In this document: positions 1 to 6,438 of the stretch, one piece after another
Position numbering within the stretch: the stretch's first letter is position 1
Layout of the letters: each line of letters opens with the position of its first letter
Source of the DNA: a virus
Lineage: Duplodnaviria; Heunggongvirae; Uroviricota; Caudoviricetes
Virus record (IMG/VR): IMGVR_UViG_2713897055_000015
Location: 1 to 10,263 of that record
Direction: 5' to 3' (one strand)
Length of the DNA stretch: 10,263 bases
Program-made: the position numbers and the translations under genes
The notes under the pieces: generated by a model
The model's database searches: none
What the model was told of the DNA's origin: nothing
The model's input: the letters and a program-made list of their open reading frames with translations, nothing else

Positions 1-25
1 AGGCGAATTTCCGCCTTCGGTCATT

Positions 26-106
26 CCTTAATCATCTGCGTAATCATAATGATTATTCAGCCAGCGCAATTTTGCGCTTTGCTTTAAGTTCAACCAGTTA
101 CCGCCA
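26..106. repeat. Copy 1 of an ~80-bp imperfect direct repeat
   Basis: Read directly: 26-106 aligns with 149-238 (CCTTAATCATCTGCGTAA...CATTCAGCCAGCGCAATTTTG(C/A)GCTTTGCTTTAA...GTTACCGCC). Contains near-palindrome AATCATAATGATTA and a short hairpin AGCGC-AATTTT-GCGCT. Confidence 0.7.
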
Positions 107-148
107 GCTTCCCCCAATGGGGGATTGTGGAATAATCAACGGTTTAGG

Positions 149-238
149 CCTTAATCATCTGCGTAAACATAAGTAATCATAATGATCATTCAGCCAGCGC
201 AATTTTGAGCTTTGCTTTAATCTCAGTGAGTTACCGCC
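149..238. repeat. Copy 2 of the ~80-bp direct repeat, with a ~9-bp internal insertion; its end overlaps the stop codon of the 93-aa ORF
   Basis: Read directly; the hairpin present in copy 1 is disrupted here (GCGC to GAGC). Confidence 0.7.
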
Positions 239-512
239 GCAACCGTTCCGGCTTCTTCCAGTGGTACGTGATTTTCTCCTTCTCCCGATACATCTCCACG
301 CGGCGACGGTATGCCAGCAACTCAAGGACTCTGGTTCGTATGTTGCGCATATCCACGCCGTTAAGCTCAATACCATCACGGCGCATCACCTCAGCAACAA
401 CACGCACATAATTTTCAGCGGTCACGCTGTCCGGATGTGTGGCCTGTTCGTCATGCTGCTGGCTGATTCCGGTAACGCGGCGGATTAATCCCAGTAGTTC
501 GGCTTCTGTCAT
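231..512 (-). CDS. Hypothetical protein (93 aa), basic C-terminus, function unknown
   Basis: ORF from the six-frame track; G-rich Shine-Dalgarno-like GGGGG about 5 nt upstream of the ATG at 510-512; protein-like composition. No family recognised by eye. Confidence 0.5.
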   Translation of the reverse strand: MTEAELLGLIRRVTGISQQHDEQATHPDSVTAENYVRVVAEVMRRDGIELNGVDMRNIRTRVLELLAYRRRVEMYREKEKITYHWKKPERLRR

Positions 513-544
513 TGTGCCCCCATCGCTCTGATAGCCTGGTGTCG

Positions 545-612
545 TCGGGTCCTTCCTGGAATTATGGCCCGTTACGGGGCGGCGACCTCACGGTTTTTCG
601 CTATTTATGAGC
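545..612 (+). other. Lambda-type cos site copy 1 (cosQ-like flank, cosN, I2-like), plus-strand orientation
   Basis: 568-589 CCCGTTACGGGGCGGCGACCTC followed by TTTTTCGCTATTTATGA. From memory this is nearly identical to the lambda cosN region, with the 12-nt cohesive-end sequence GGGCGGCGACCT at 577-588. Confidence 0.75.
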
Positions 613-626
613 TTTTTTTAGAGGGA

Positions 627-777
627 GGTTGTTGTTTAATTGTTTGTCATATCCATTTGATAACTAAGTAAAAATAAAGAGCAATACAACAACCTGATAG
701 TGTTTTTTTGATGCTAAAAATAAAAAAATGCTAATTGAATCAAATAGTTTTAAAAAAATACGTGGTTGTTGTATTGC
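627..777. promoter_or_regulatory. AT-rich region with three GGTTGTTGT-type repeats in direct-inverted-direct arrangement (candidate cosB-like terminase-binding R sites)
   Basis: GGTTGTTGTTT at 627-637; GCAATACAACAACC at 681-694, which is the exact reverse complement of GGTTGTTGTATTGC at 764-777. Spacing after cosN resembles the lambda R3-R2-R1 layout but the repeat sequence differs from the lambda R sites as I recall them. Confidence 0.45.
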
Positions 778-806
778 GTATTTGATGGCGTAACAGAAAG
801 TGATTT

Positions 807-1247
807 TTAACTTTGCTGTTCTGTAACGACTGATTGTTCCATGCTGGCACGGCGAACGCTTACGGCATGACGCCACCCAGCCAGAAAGCCGGCCATTTTA
901 TTTCGCGCTTTGCTCACTTCTTCCGGTGAGTAGCCGTAAATCTGTAAACCTTCATCAAATCTATGTTCTGTTTCTTCACTGGAGTACTCGTCACGCTCAG
1001 ATGAAAGCAGCCTGGCAACCATAATTTTTTCCAGCGCACTGGTTTCTACGTGATATCCAATGGCCTCAAGATGGCTTTTACCTGAAGACCAAAGCAATGT
1101 ATGCCCGATGTGATAACCGCCGGACTTTCCGCGATCCGCATTAAGATACGGCATCCCTTGTTTGGTCCATGCGCGAATAGTGGTTCTGTTTACCTTGAAA
1201 TGTTCAGCTATTTCCTGCTGACTTACAAAACAAGCCTTATTAATCAT
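807..1247 (-). CDS. Nu1-like small-terminase-family protein: N-terminal winged-HTH cos-binding domain with a divergent C-terminal region (146 aa)
   Basis: N-terminus MINKACFVSQQEIAEHFKVNRTTIRAWTKQGMPYLNADRGKSGG resembles lambda gpNu1 N-terminus (VNKKQLADIFGASIRTIQNWQEQGMPVLRGGGKG, recalled from memory). SD GAGGT 8 nt upstream of the ATG at 1245-1247. A cos site lies about 90 bp upstream. Confidence 0.7.
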   Translation of the reverse strand: MINKACFVSQQEIAEHFKVNRTTIRAWTKQGMPYLNADRGKSGGYHIGHTLLWSSGKSHLEAIGYHVETSALEKIMVARLLSSERDEYSSEETEHRFDEGLQIYGYSPEEVSKARNKMAGFLAGWRHAVSVRRASMEQSVVTEQQS

Positions 1248-1304
1248 AATGTTACCTCAATTGACTGATTAAATGTTAATCAAGTGGTGGTGGTGTCACC
1301 TTCA

Positions 1305-1390
1305 CGGAAAAACGTCATAAATAGCGAAAACGCGCGAGGTCGCCGCCCCGTAACGGGTCCATATGCCGGAAAGGACCCGTAAAAAAAAGC
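1305..1390 (-). other. Lambda-type cos site copy 2 (cosQ-like flank, cosN, I2-like), minus-strand orientation, directly upstream of the Nu1-like gene
   Basis: Reverse complement of 1305-1390 reads ACGGGTCCTTTCCGG..CCCGTTACGGGGCGGCGACCTCGCGCGTTTTCGCTATTTATGACG. The 12-mer is at 1337-1348 on the complement. About 85% identical to copy 1 over ~70 bp, in inverted orientation. Confidence 0.8.
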
Positions 1391-1404
1391 CGGATTTCTC
1401 CGGC
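1381..1404 (-). terminator. Intrinsic terminator (hairpin GCCGGA-TTTC-TCCGGC followed by U8 on the minus strand) ending the capsid operon
   Basis: Read directly: A8 at 1381-1388 and hairpin at 1389-1404 on the plus strand, giving hairpin plus T-run on the minus strand, 7 bp past the stop of the 137-aa ORF. Confidence 0.75.
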
Positions 1405-1410
1405 CTTGTC

Positions 1411-1824
1411 TCAGATGGTTTTCAGTATGCGCTCGATGTCGCCATCATCGCCCGGGTTTCTGCCGTCGTATGCCATGCCAGCTGAAACGGCTTGCGGGCT
1501 GTGCATGTCCATAAAGTTTTCAAAGGCTGCGGTAAGCTCCGGCGCAACCTTCTGGCGTTCCTGCTCTATGGTCATGCTAAGGATGCTTTTAGCCGTACCA
1601 ACATCGATACAAGGCACGTTTGCCATTGCACGTAACAGCGGCTGATAGTCGTTATGCTCATGAAGCGCCATAATCGCATCAGCGCGCGGCTTGTCCTGCT
1701 CTTCCAGTTTGTTGAGTTGATATACGGCCTCGTAGGTTGATAAACCTCTGTCAGCCATTGCTCGCGCTTCGGCTTTAAATTTACTCGCCAGCGGTAGCGT
1801 CATGATGCTTTCATTCGTTGCCAT
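1411..1824 (-). CDS. Hypothetical protein (137 aa), last gene of the capsid operon; function unknown
   Basis: ORF with protein-like composition, 12 nt downstream of the decoration-protein gene. No confident homology by eye. Confidence 0.65.
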   Translation of the reverse strand: MATNESIMTLPLASKFKAEARAMADRGLSTYEAVYQLNKLEEQDKPRADAIMALHEHNDYQPLLRAMANVPCIDVGTAKSILSMTIEQERQKVAPELTAAFENFMDMHSPQAVSAGMAYDGRNPGDDGDIERILKTI

Positions 1825-1836
1825 CGTTCCCCCTGC

Positions 1837-2172
1837 TTATCGGGCCAGCGGCTGAACGGATACGCCAGAACCCGCAAAGGCGGCGCATTTTTTCGCATCG
1901 GTGTCGACGCTCTCGGGCCAGTTCACGGCGGCGATATTAAAGATCCCCGTCTTGTAGCACTGTGCTGATTTCTGCTTTGACGTGTCCACGGGGTACGAAG
2001 TCAGATAAACAGCCTTTCCGGACGCCTGACCATCCCACGGCTTAAACTCGCCATTGTCCGCCAGCATCAGCGGGGTAAATTCCTGAATGACGCCAGCATC
2101 AGCGGCAAAATGTACCAGCGTCGTGGATACCTGCTGACTGCCTGCAAATAACTCAATGTATGGAGTGTTCAT
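1837..2172 (-). CDS. Head decoration protein, lambda gpD-like (111 aa)
   Basis: Translation shares TPLML, WDG, YK(S/T)G(T/I)F, WPE and AFAG motifs in the same order as lambda gpD (recalled from memory); size matches (~110 aa). Confidence 0.8.
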   Translation of the reverse strand: MNTPYIELFAGSQQVSTTLVHFAADAGVIQEFTPLMLADNGEFKPWDGQASGKAVYLTSYPVDTSKQKSAQCYKTGIFNIAAVNWPESVDTDAKKCAAFAGSGVSVQPLAR

Positions 2173-2183
2173 AGAATCCCCCG

Positions 2184-3239
2184 TTAACCAATTTTGACGG
2201 TAACAAATTTGCGAATGTCTGCCGGCACCGGCTGCGGTGCGCTGTGCGTCTGCACGTACTCAATCGCCGGATCGCCGTCCTCAATCCAGTTTTTCGGGTA
2301 GTACATGTTTTGCGTTGCGCCCGTTCTTACCGCTTCCTGATCCATAATCGCACCATAAGCAACCAGCCCTTTATTGTTGGTGTTGCCCAAGACCAGCAAA
2401 TCAGGCTCAAGGAAATGTTTTTCGGTGCCGTCGCTGTCGGCGTATTTGCCGGAATAGACGATAAGGGCAATATCGCCCAGATAGCCTTTAAAGCTCACCA
2501 CTTCGCCTAGGTTTTTACAGGCCAGTTCTGCGGCGGATTCTGAACCACGGGAAAGATCGTACAGTTCGCGGAATTTTTTAAAGCTGCGTAACGTGCGCCA
2601 TACCTCAGCGCCCATAATCATGACGTTTGCGGGGCAATTGCCCTGATCCGCATAAAGCTCGATATCATAGATTGGATCGTGGGTTTCTTTGTCCTGCTCG
2701 GACCATTTACGGCCTTTGGCCTGCTCTATGATGTTGTTTTCCGGCATCTTCCAGTCGATTTCATAGCGTTCTATGCCTTCGCCCTCAATGATGTTTTTTC
2801 CGGTCGTTACCGCATTTACCGCCAGCCATTCAACACGCGCTTTAATAGCGTTTACCTGGCGGCGCATGTTGCCAGTAATCAGGCGCATACGGCGATAGGT
2901 TGGGTCGTTAAGCTGTGCCGGATCTTCTCCAGCCATGCGCATGATGGTTTTTGTTGGATCGATTTCGTGCTTTGGCTTCATGTAGCCAGGTTTAATCGTG
3001 CTGGTTTCGTACCCTTTATCGCGCTGTACCTGGCTACCAACCATAGGCGAGCAAAACGCTGACATAGTGACTTCTTCGGTGTCCAGGTTATCCAGCATGA
3101 TGTTTTGGGTGTTGAATGTCGCTACTTTCGGGAAAAACAGCGTGGTAAACAGCGGACTAAATTTAAATTCCGCAATATCCCCGCGATTCAGGTACGCAAA
3201 AAGCTGGTTAGTGTTAAGTGCCGTTGCTTTGCCTGCCAT
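2184..3239 (-). CDS. Major capsid protein, lambda gpE family (351 aa)
   Basis: Extended blocks match lambda gpE as recalled: EFKFSPLF..LFF, PGYMKPKHEI, GEDPAQLNDPTYRRMRLI, VSFKGYLGDIALIVYSGKY, YPKNWIEDGDPA. Confidence 0.92.
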   Translation of the reverse strand: MAGKATALNTNQLFAYLNRGDIAEFKFSPLFTTLFFPKVATFNTQNIMLDNLDTEEVTMSAFCSPMVGSQVQRDKGYETSTIKPGYMKPKHEIDPTKTIMRMAGEDPAQLNDPTYRRMRLITGNMRRQVNAIKARVEWLAVNAVTTGKNIIEGEGIERYEIDWKMPENNIIEQAKGRKWSEQDKETHDPIYDIELYADQGNCPANVMIMGAEVWRTLRSFKKFRELYDLSRGSESAAELACKNLGEVVSFKGYLGDIALIVYSGKYADSDGTEKHFLEPDLLVLGNTNNKGLVAYGAIMDQEAVRTGATQNMYYPKNWIEDGDPAIEYVQTHSAPQPVPADIRKFVTVKIG

Positions 3240-3445
3240 TATTCACCCCCATAATTTTTATGCATCCCAAGCGCCGCAAGTAAATAAGAGCGCACAAGTG
3301 AACCTATCGACGGCTCCGGCGTCATCAGCGGATCCAGTCCAGCCGCTACGCCAGCCTCATAGTTTTTTTTGTGGCGCTGCTTGAGCACCTCCACGATTTC
3401 GGGGCTTATGTACACCGAAACACCGCCTTTTTTCTCTTCTGCCAT
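3239..3445 (-). CDS. Hypothetical small protein (68 aa), first gene of the capsid operon, translationally coupled to the capsid gene (TAATG overlap)
   Basis: SD AGAGGA ~11 nt upstream of the ATG at 3443-3445; stop overlaps the capsid gene start by 1 nt. Confidence 0.6.
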   Translation of the reverse strand: MAEEKKGGVSVYISPEIVEVLKQRHKKNYEAGVAAGLDPLMTPEPSIGSLVRSYLLAALGMHKNYGGE

Positions 3446-3484
3446 AGTCAGAAATTCCTCTTTGACTTAAAAAAATCACAACTG

Positions 3485-3512
3485 GATGTTCATCCAGTTA
3501 TGATTATAATCA
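3485..3512. promoter_or_regulatory. Promoter/operator region upstream of the capsid operon: imperfect inverted repeat GGATG-TT-CATCC (3485-3496) and perfect 12-bp palindrome TGATTATAATCA (3501-3512) containing TATAAT on both strands
   Basis: Read directly; lies 40-70 bp upstream of the first capsid-operon ATG. Confidence 0.5.
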
Positions 3513-3608
3513 TGATTGCATTTTGCGCAATAAAATTGAGTTGTGTTGCAAATTATGAAATGATTTACAGCAACAGTAGTCACCATGCTGTTAACCTCGT
3601 AAGCAAAA

Positions 3609-3647
3609 GCCCGATAAGCTTCCTCCTGTACTTATCGGGCTTTTTTT
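3609..3647 (+). terminator. Hairpin (GCCCGATAAG...CTTATCGGGC) followed by T7 on the plus strand; intrinsic terminator for a plus-strand transcript or bidirectional element
   Basis: 10-bp stem, 12-nt loop, seven T at 3641-3647. No annotated plus-strand gene ends here. Confidence 0.5.
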
Positions 3648-3653
3648 GGGTAC

Positions 3654-3676
3654 AAAAAGCCGGATTTTCTCCGGCC
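3654..3676 (-). terminator. Intrinsic terminator of the SSB operon (hairpin GCCGGATTTTCTCCGGC, U5 on the minus strand); near-identical to the terminator at 1381-1404
   Basis: Read directly; lies 8 bp past the SSB stop codon. Confidence 0.7.
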
Positions 3677-3683
3677 TGTGCGT

Positions 3684-4094
3684 TCAGAACGGAATATCAT
3701 CACCGTAGGGGTCATCGTCTCCCGCTGGTGGCTGATTACCCTGTGCGCCTGTGGTTTTGCGTCTGTTCCCGCCAGGACGTGCCGCACGGGCACTGATTAC
3801 GCTGTCTGCAATAACCTGATAACCCTGCCGCGTTTCCCCGTTCTGTCCGGTCCACTGGCTTATCTGCATCACGCCAGATATGCTGGCAACGTCGCCTTTT
3901 TGATGTTTAGCCAGGAAGTCGGCCTGCTTACCAAATGCCATCACCGATAGCCATAACGTAGCCGTTCCGTCATCTGCCTGGCTGCACGGAAGGGGGACCG
4001 CCATACGCGCCAGCGTCATCGGTGTGCCCTTGCTGGTCTGTTTTACCTGCGGGTCGTCCACCAGCCGCCCGTAAGCGGCTATCTGTGCTGTCAT
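3684..4094 (-). CDS. ssb: Single-stranded DNA-binding protein (SSB family, 136 aa)
   Basis: OB-fold-like N-terminal region resembling E. coli SSB, Gly/Gln-rich linker, and the characteristic acidic C-terminal tail ending DDIPF. Confidence 0.88.
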   Translation of the reverse strand: MTAQIAAYGRLVDDPQVKQTSKGTPMTLARMAVPLPCSQADDGTATLWLSVMAFGKQADFLAKHQKGDVASISGVMQISQWTGQNGETRQGYQVIADSVISARAARPGGNRRKTTGAQGNQPPAGDDDPYGDDIPF

Positions 4095-4405
4095 GATTCC
4101 ACCTCTCCGGTTTTAACGTTGATGGTTGTTACCTGTTCCGCTTCGGCAATCTCCCGTTCTGTCAGCGTGGCAAAGTTTGCCGCCGCTGTGGTCATGAATG
4201 CGCTTATCAGGTCGGGATGTTCCTTCGCGTATCCTTCCCGCGTGTGGCGGTCTATCGTTCTGATTGCCACCTTTAAGGTATGCTCAGTCATGTCTAACGC
4301 TTTATATTTTGGCTCTGTTCTGTCTCTGCGAATTTTGGTCATTTGTCGCCCCTGGTTCATGTTTTCGGCTGGCATGTTTGTTAAGTGATTTTGATGTATG
4401 CGCAT
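4091..4405 (-). CDS. Hypothetical protein (104 aa) translationally coupled to ssb (ATGA overlap)
   Basis: SD GAGGGGGTGA upstream of the ATG at 4403-4405; stop overlaps the ssb start. Function not recognised. Confidence 0.6.
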   Translation of the reverse strand: MRIHQNHLTNMPAENMNQGRQMTKIRRDRTEPKYKALDMTEHTLKVAIRTIDRHTREGYAKEHPDLISAFMTTAAANFATLTEREIAEAEQVTTINVKTGEVES

Positions 4406-4452
4406 TTATTTTCACCCCCTCGTTTAAAAAGTTTTTAGTTGTGCCTCCCCCC

Positions 4453-4675
4453 CTCTACCCATCTACCCGAATGCTCATCATGTCAGTAATGGCGCGGCTT
4501 TCAGCGGGTAGATAGCTTTTTGGGCTCCTCTACCTGCCGTCTACCCTGCTACCTGAAACTGATAAAATCAGGTAGAAGAGGTAGAGAGCTTTTATTAGCC
4601 TTCTACCTAGCCCTCTACCCACTTATCATGTTGAATAATATGCGTTTATTTCATTCAGGTAGATGGGGTAGAGGG
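4453..4675. repeat. Iteron array (about 12 copies of a TCTACC-core octamer in both orientations) with AT-rich stretches; putative origin of replication
   Basis: CTCTACCC 4453-4460, ATCTACCC 4461-4468, GGGTAGATA 4506-4514, CTCTACCT 4528-4535, TCTACCCT 4540-4547, CAGGTAGAAG 4569-4578, GGTAGAGA 4580-4587, TTCTACCT 4601-4608, CTCTACCC 4613-4620, GGTAGAT 4658-4664, GGGTAGAGGG 4666-4675. Lies immediately 3' of, and overlapping, the primase gene end. Confidence 0.7.
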
Positions 4676-6438
4676 CTTTTACAAAAAATTATAAAAAACG
4701 CGTCGCAATCGTCTGTTGTAATTGCGTTGGTCTGCGTTACTCCCTTAACTTTTCGCGTAATATATTCATGCCCGTAAACTTTCGCCGCTGGCTTCATGGC
4801 CTTGCTGAACTCAGCCACGTTTAGCGGTTTGCTCCTGCCTGCGTATGCCATAAACGCCAGATAGACGCGGTAAAGGCTGTTCCTGGTCGTGTACTTCACT
4901 GAATCGCCACCGCCGCCCATCATCAGGCCGCGTGCTTCCTCCAGAAAATTCAGGAACTGGCAAAACTCAATAACCGGATCCGTCTGTTGCTTTATTGCCA
5001 GAGCTTCATCACCGTCACGCTGTTCCAGTAGTAAAGCCCGTGCCTTCTCAGGGTCGGTAAAGTTCGCCAGCAATCGGCGGATAATGACAGGGATTTCAGC
5101 CGCAATCTTTTCCGGTAGCTCCCTGTCTTTTTCGGCCTCACTGACGATATTGTCGAAACGGAAAATTACGCGACGACGTGACACACCTCCGGCCCGTTCG
5201 GTGAATATCATCGGGTTATTGTTGGTAGCCAGCACCACCGCCCTGATTACCGCCGTAAAACGCTTCTCATATTTCGGGTTAATTTCCACGGGGTCGCCGC
5301 CCGTGATTTTCTTGATGCCCGTTCCTTCGCCTGTATATTTCGGCTGGTCAGCCAGGACGATAAGACGACTCCCGACAACCTGCGCACGTCCACCAGCATC
5401 ATCAAGCGATGTCATTTCAGCGCTTACCGTGTTCTGTTTCCCTGCCAGAAGGCTGGCTATGTGTGTGAATGTACTTTTACCGCTCCCGCCGTCTCCGGTG
5501 GCCTCAATAAACATCTGCCAGTCGTACCGGTTCGCCATAATCATGTACAGCGCGGCACATATACGCATCATCTTGCGCGGGTCTTTTCCGGCTGCGTGCT
5601 CAAGCCATTTATGAAAGTTTGGCGCGTTGTCGCGGATATTCTCCCCTGGTGCTGGTGGCGTGTACTCAATGCCGTTGTGCGTGGTGATCCAGTTCTCCGG
5701 CGTGTGCGGGGAAAATTCCCCCGTTTTCAGGTCAAGCGCACCATTGGCGAACGGCAGCAAATCGCCGGACGGCTCGCCCATTGGTTCGGCAATAACTTTT
5801 AACGCTTCCACGGCGTTATTGATTACGCGCTTGCTGAAAGTGGCCCTGTGCTCTGAATAGATCGCCACCATTTCGCGGCTAAGTTCCATTGTGCTGACCG
5901 GACACCATACCCCGCCGCGCCATACGTGAACGATTTCACTTTCCGGATGCACACAAACGCCATCAAATCGACCAGCAAGCATCTGTGCGCGCTCACTGTC
6001 TGCCATTTGTGCCAGTTGCGTATTTTTCTGCTCCGGCATGGTAAGCCCTGCGGCAATATTTTCACGCTCAGCATTCAGATAGCGCCGCCAGTTTTCACAC
6101 TTCTGGACGTGCATTCCTTCGTGGTAAAAATTTGCGTCCTGAATATCTGCCGCCGCCAGCTTCTGACCAATCTTTTTGGTCTCCACTAAATCCAGTTCTC
6201 CGGCCTGGTACAGCCTTACGCGCTTTTTCCCATCCGGAACAATTTTCAGCGCATCAAGTTCGGCAAGCTGCTTTGGCCCAAGCCACACAGGCGGCACATT
6301 ATCGCCGGATGCGGGGCCATCCTGCTCCTGCCATTGTTTCGCGTGCGACCAGGCATCACTACCCGCAAAGATAATTACCTCTGTGTCTTTGTGTTTTATT
6401 CCGCGTGGCTGTTTTTTTACGTTCGGTGCCAGTTTCAT
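4651..6438 (-). CDS. Primase-helicase of the P4 alpha / D5 family (595 aa) with a P-loop NTPase domain
   Basis: Walker A motif GDGGSGKST within a region typical of phage/plasmid primase P4-family C-terminal domains; position (upstream of iterons, downstream of immunity-type genes) matches satellite replication genes. The final ~17 codons are encoded by iteron sequence. Confidence 0.88.
   Translation of the reverse strand: MKLAPNVKKQPRGIKHKDTEVIIFAGSDAWSHAKQWQEQDGPASGDNVPPVWLGPKQLAELDALKIVPDGKKRVRLYQAGELDLVETKKIGQKLAAADIQDANFYHEGMHVQKCENWRRYLNAERENIAAGLTMPEQKNTQLAQMADSERAQMLAGRFDGVCVHPESEIVHVWRGGVWCPVSTMELSREMVAIYSEHRATFSKRVINNAVEALKVIAEPMGEPSGDLLPFANGALDLKTGEFSPHTPENWITTHNGIEYTPPAPGENIRDNAPNFHKWLEHAAGKDPRKMMRICAALYMIMANRYDWQMFIEATGDGGSGKSTFTHIASLLAGKQNTVSAEMTSLDDAGGRAQVVGSRLIVLADQPKYTGEGTGIKKITGGDPVEINPKYEKRFTAVIRAVVLATNNNPMIFTERAGGVSRRRVIFRFDNIVSEAEKDRELPEKIAAEIPVIIRRLLANFTDPEKARALLLEQRDGDEALAIKQQTDPVIEFCQFLNFLEEARGLMMGGGGDSVKYTTRNSLYRVYLAFMAYAGRSKPLNVAEFSKAMKPAAKVYGHEYITRKVKGVTQTNAITTDDCDAFFIIFCKSPLPHLPE

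Noticed and set aside
664-876. 70-aa minus-strand ORF in the AT-rich cos-adjacent region
   Set aside because: Lies across the repeat-containing AT-rich region and overlaps the Nu1-like gene end; Lys/Ile/Phe-rich translation driven by AT content.
2244-3384. Plus-strand ORFs (88, 127, 128 aa) overlapping the capsid gene
   Set aside because: Antisense to a confidently identified major capsid protein gene.
4453-4675. Possible CRISPR array
   Set aside because: Repeats are 8-bp iterons in both orientations with irregular spacing and no unique spacers; no cas genes. Origin-type iterons are the better explanation.
4889-5614. 241-aa plus-strand ORF inside the primase gene (and other plus-strand ORFs 5461-6451)
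   Set aside because: Antisense to a well-supported primase-helicase gene; Ser/Arg/Cys-rich composition typical of the reverse frame; no RBS context.
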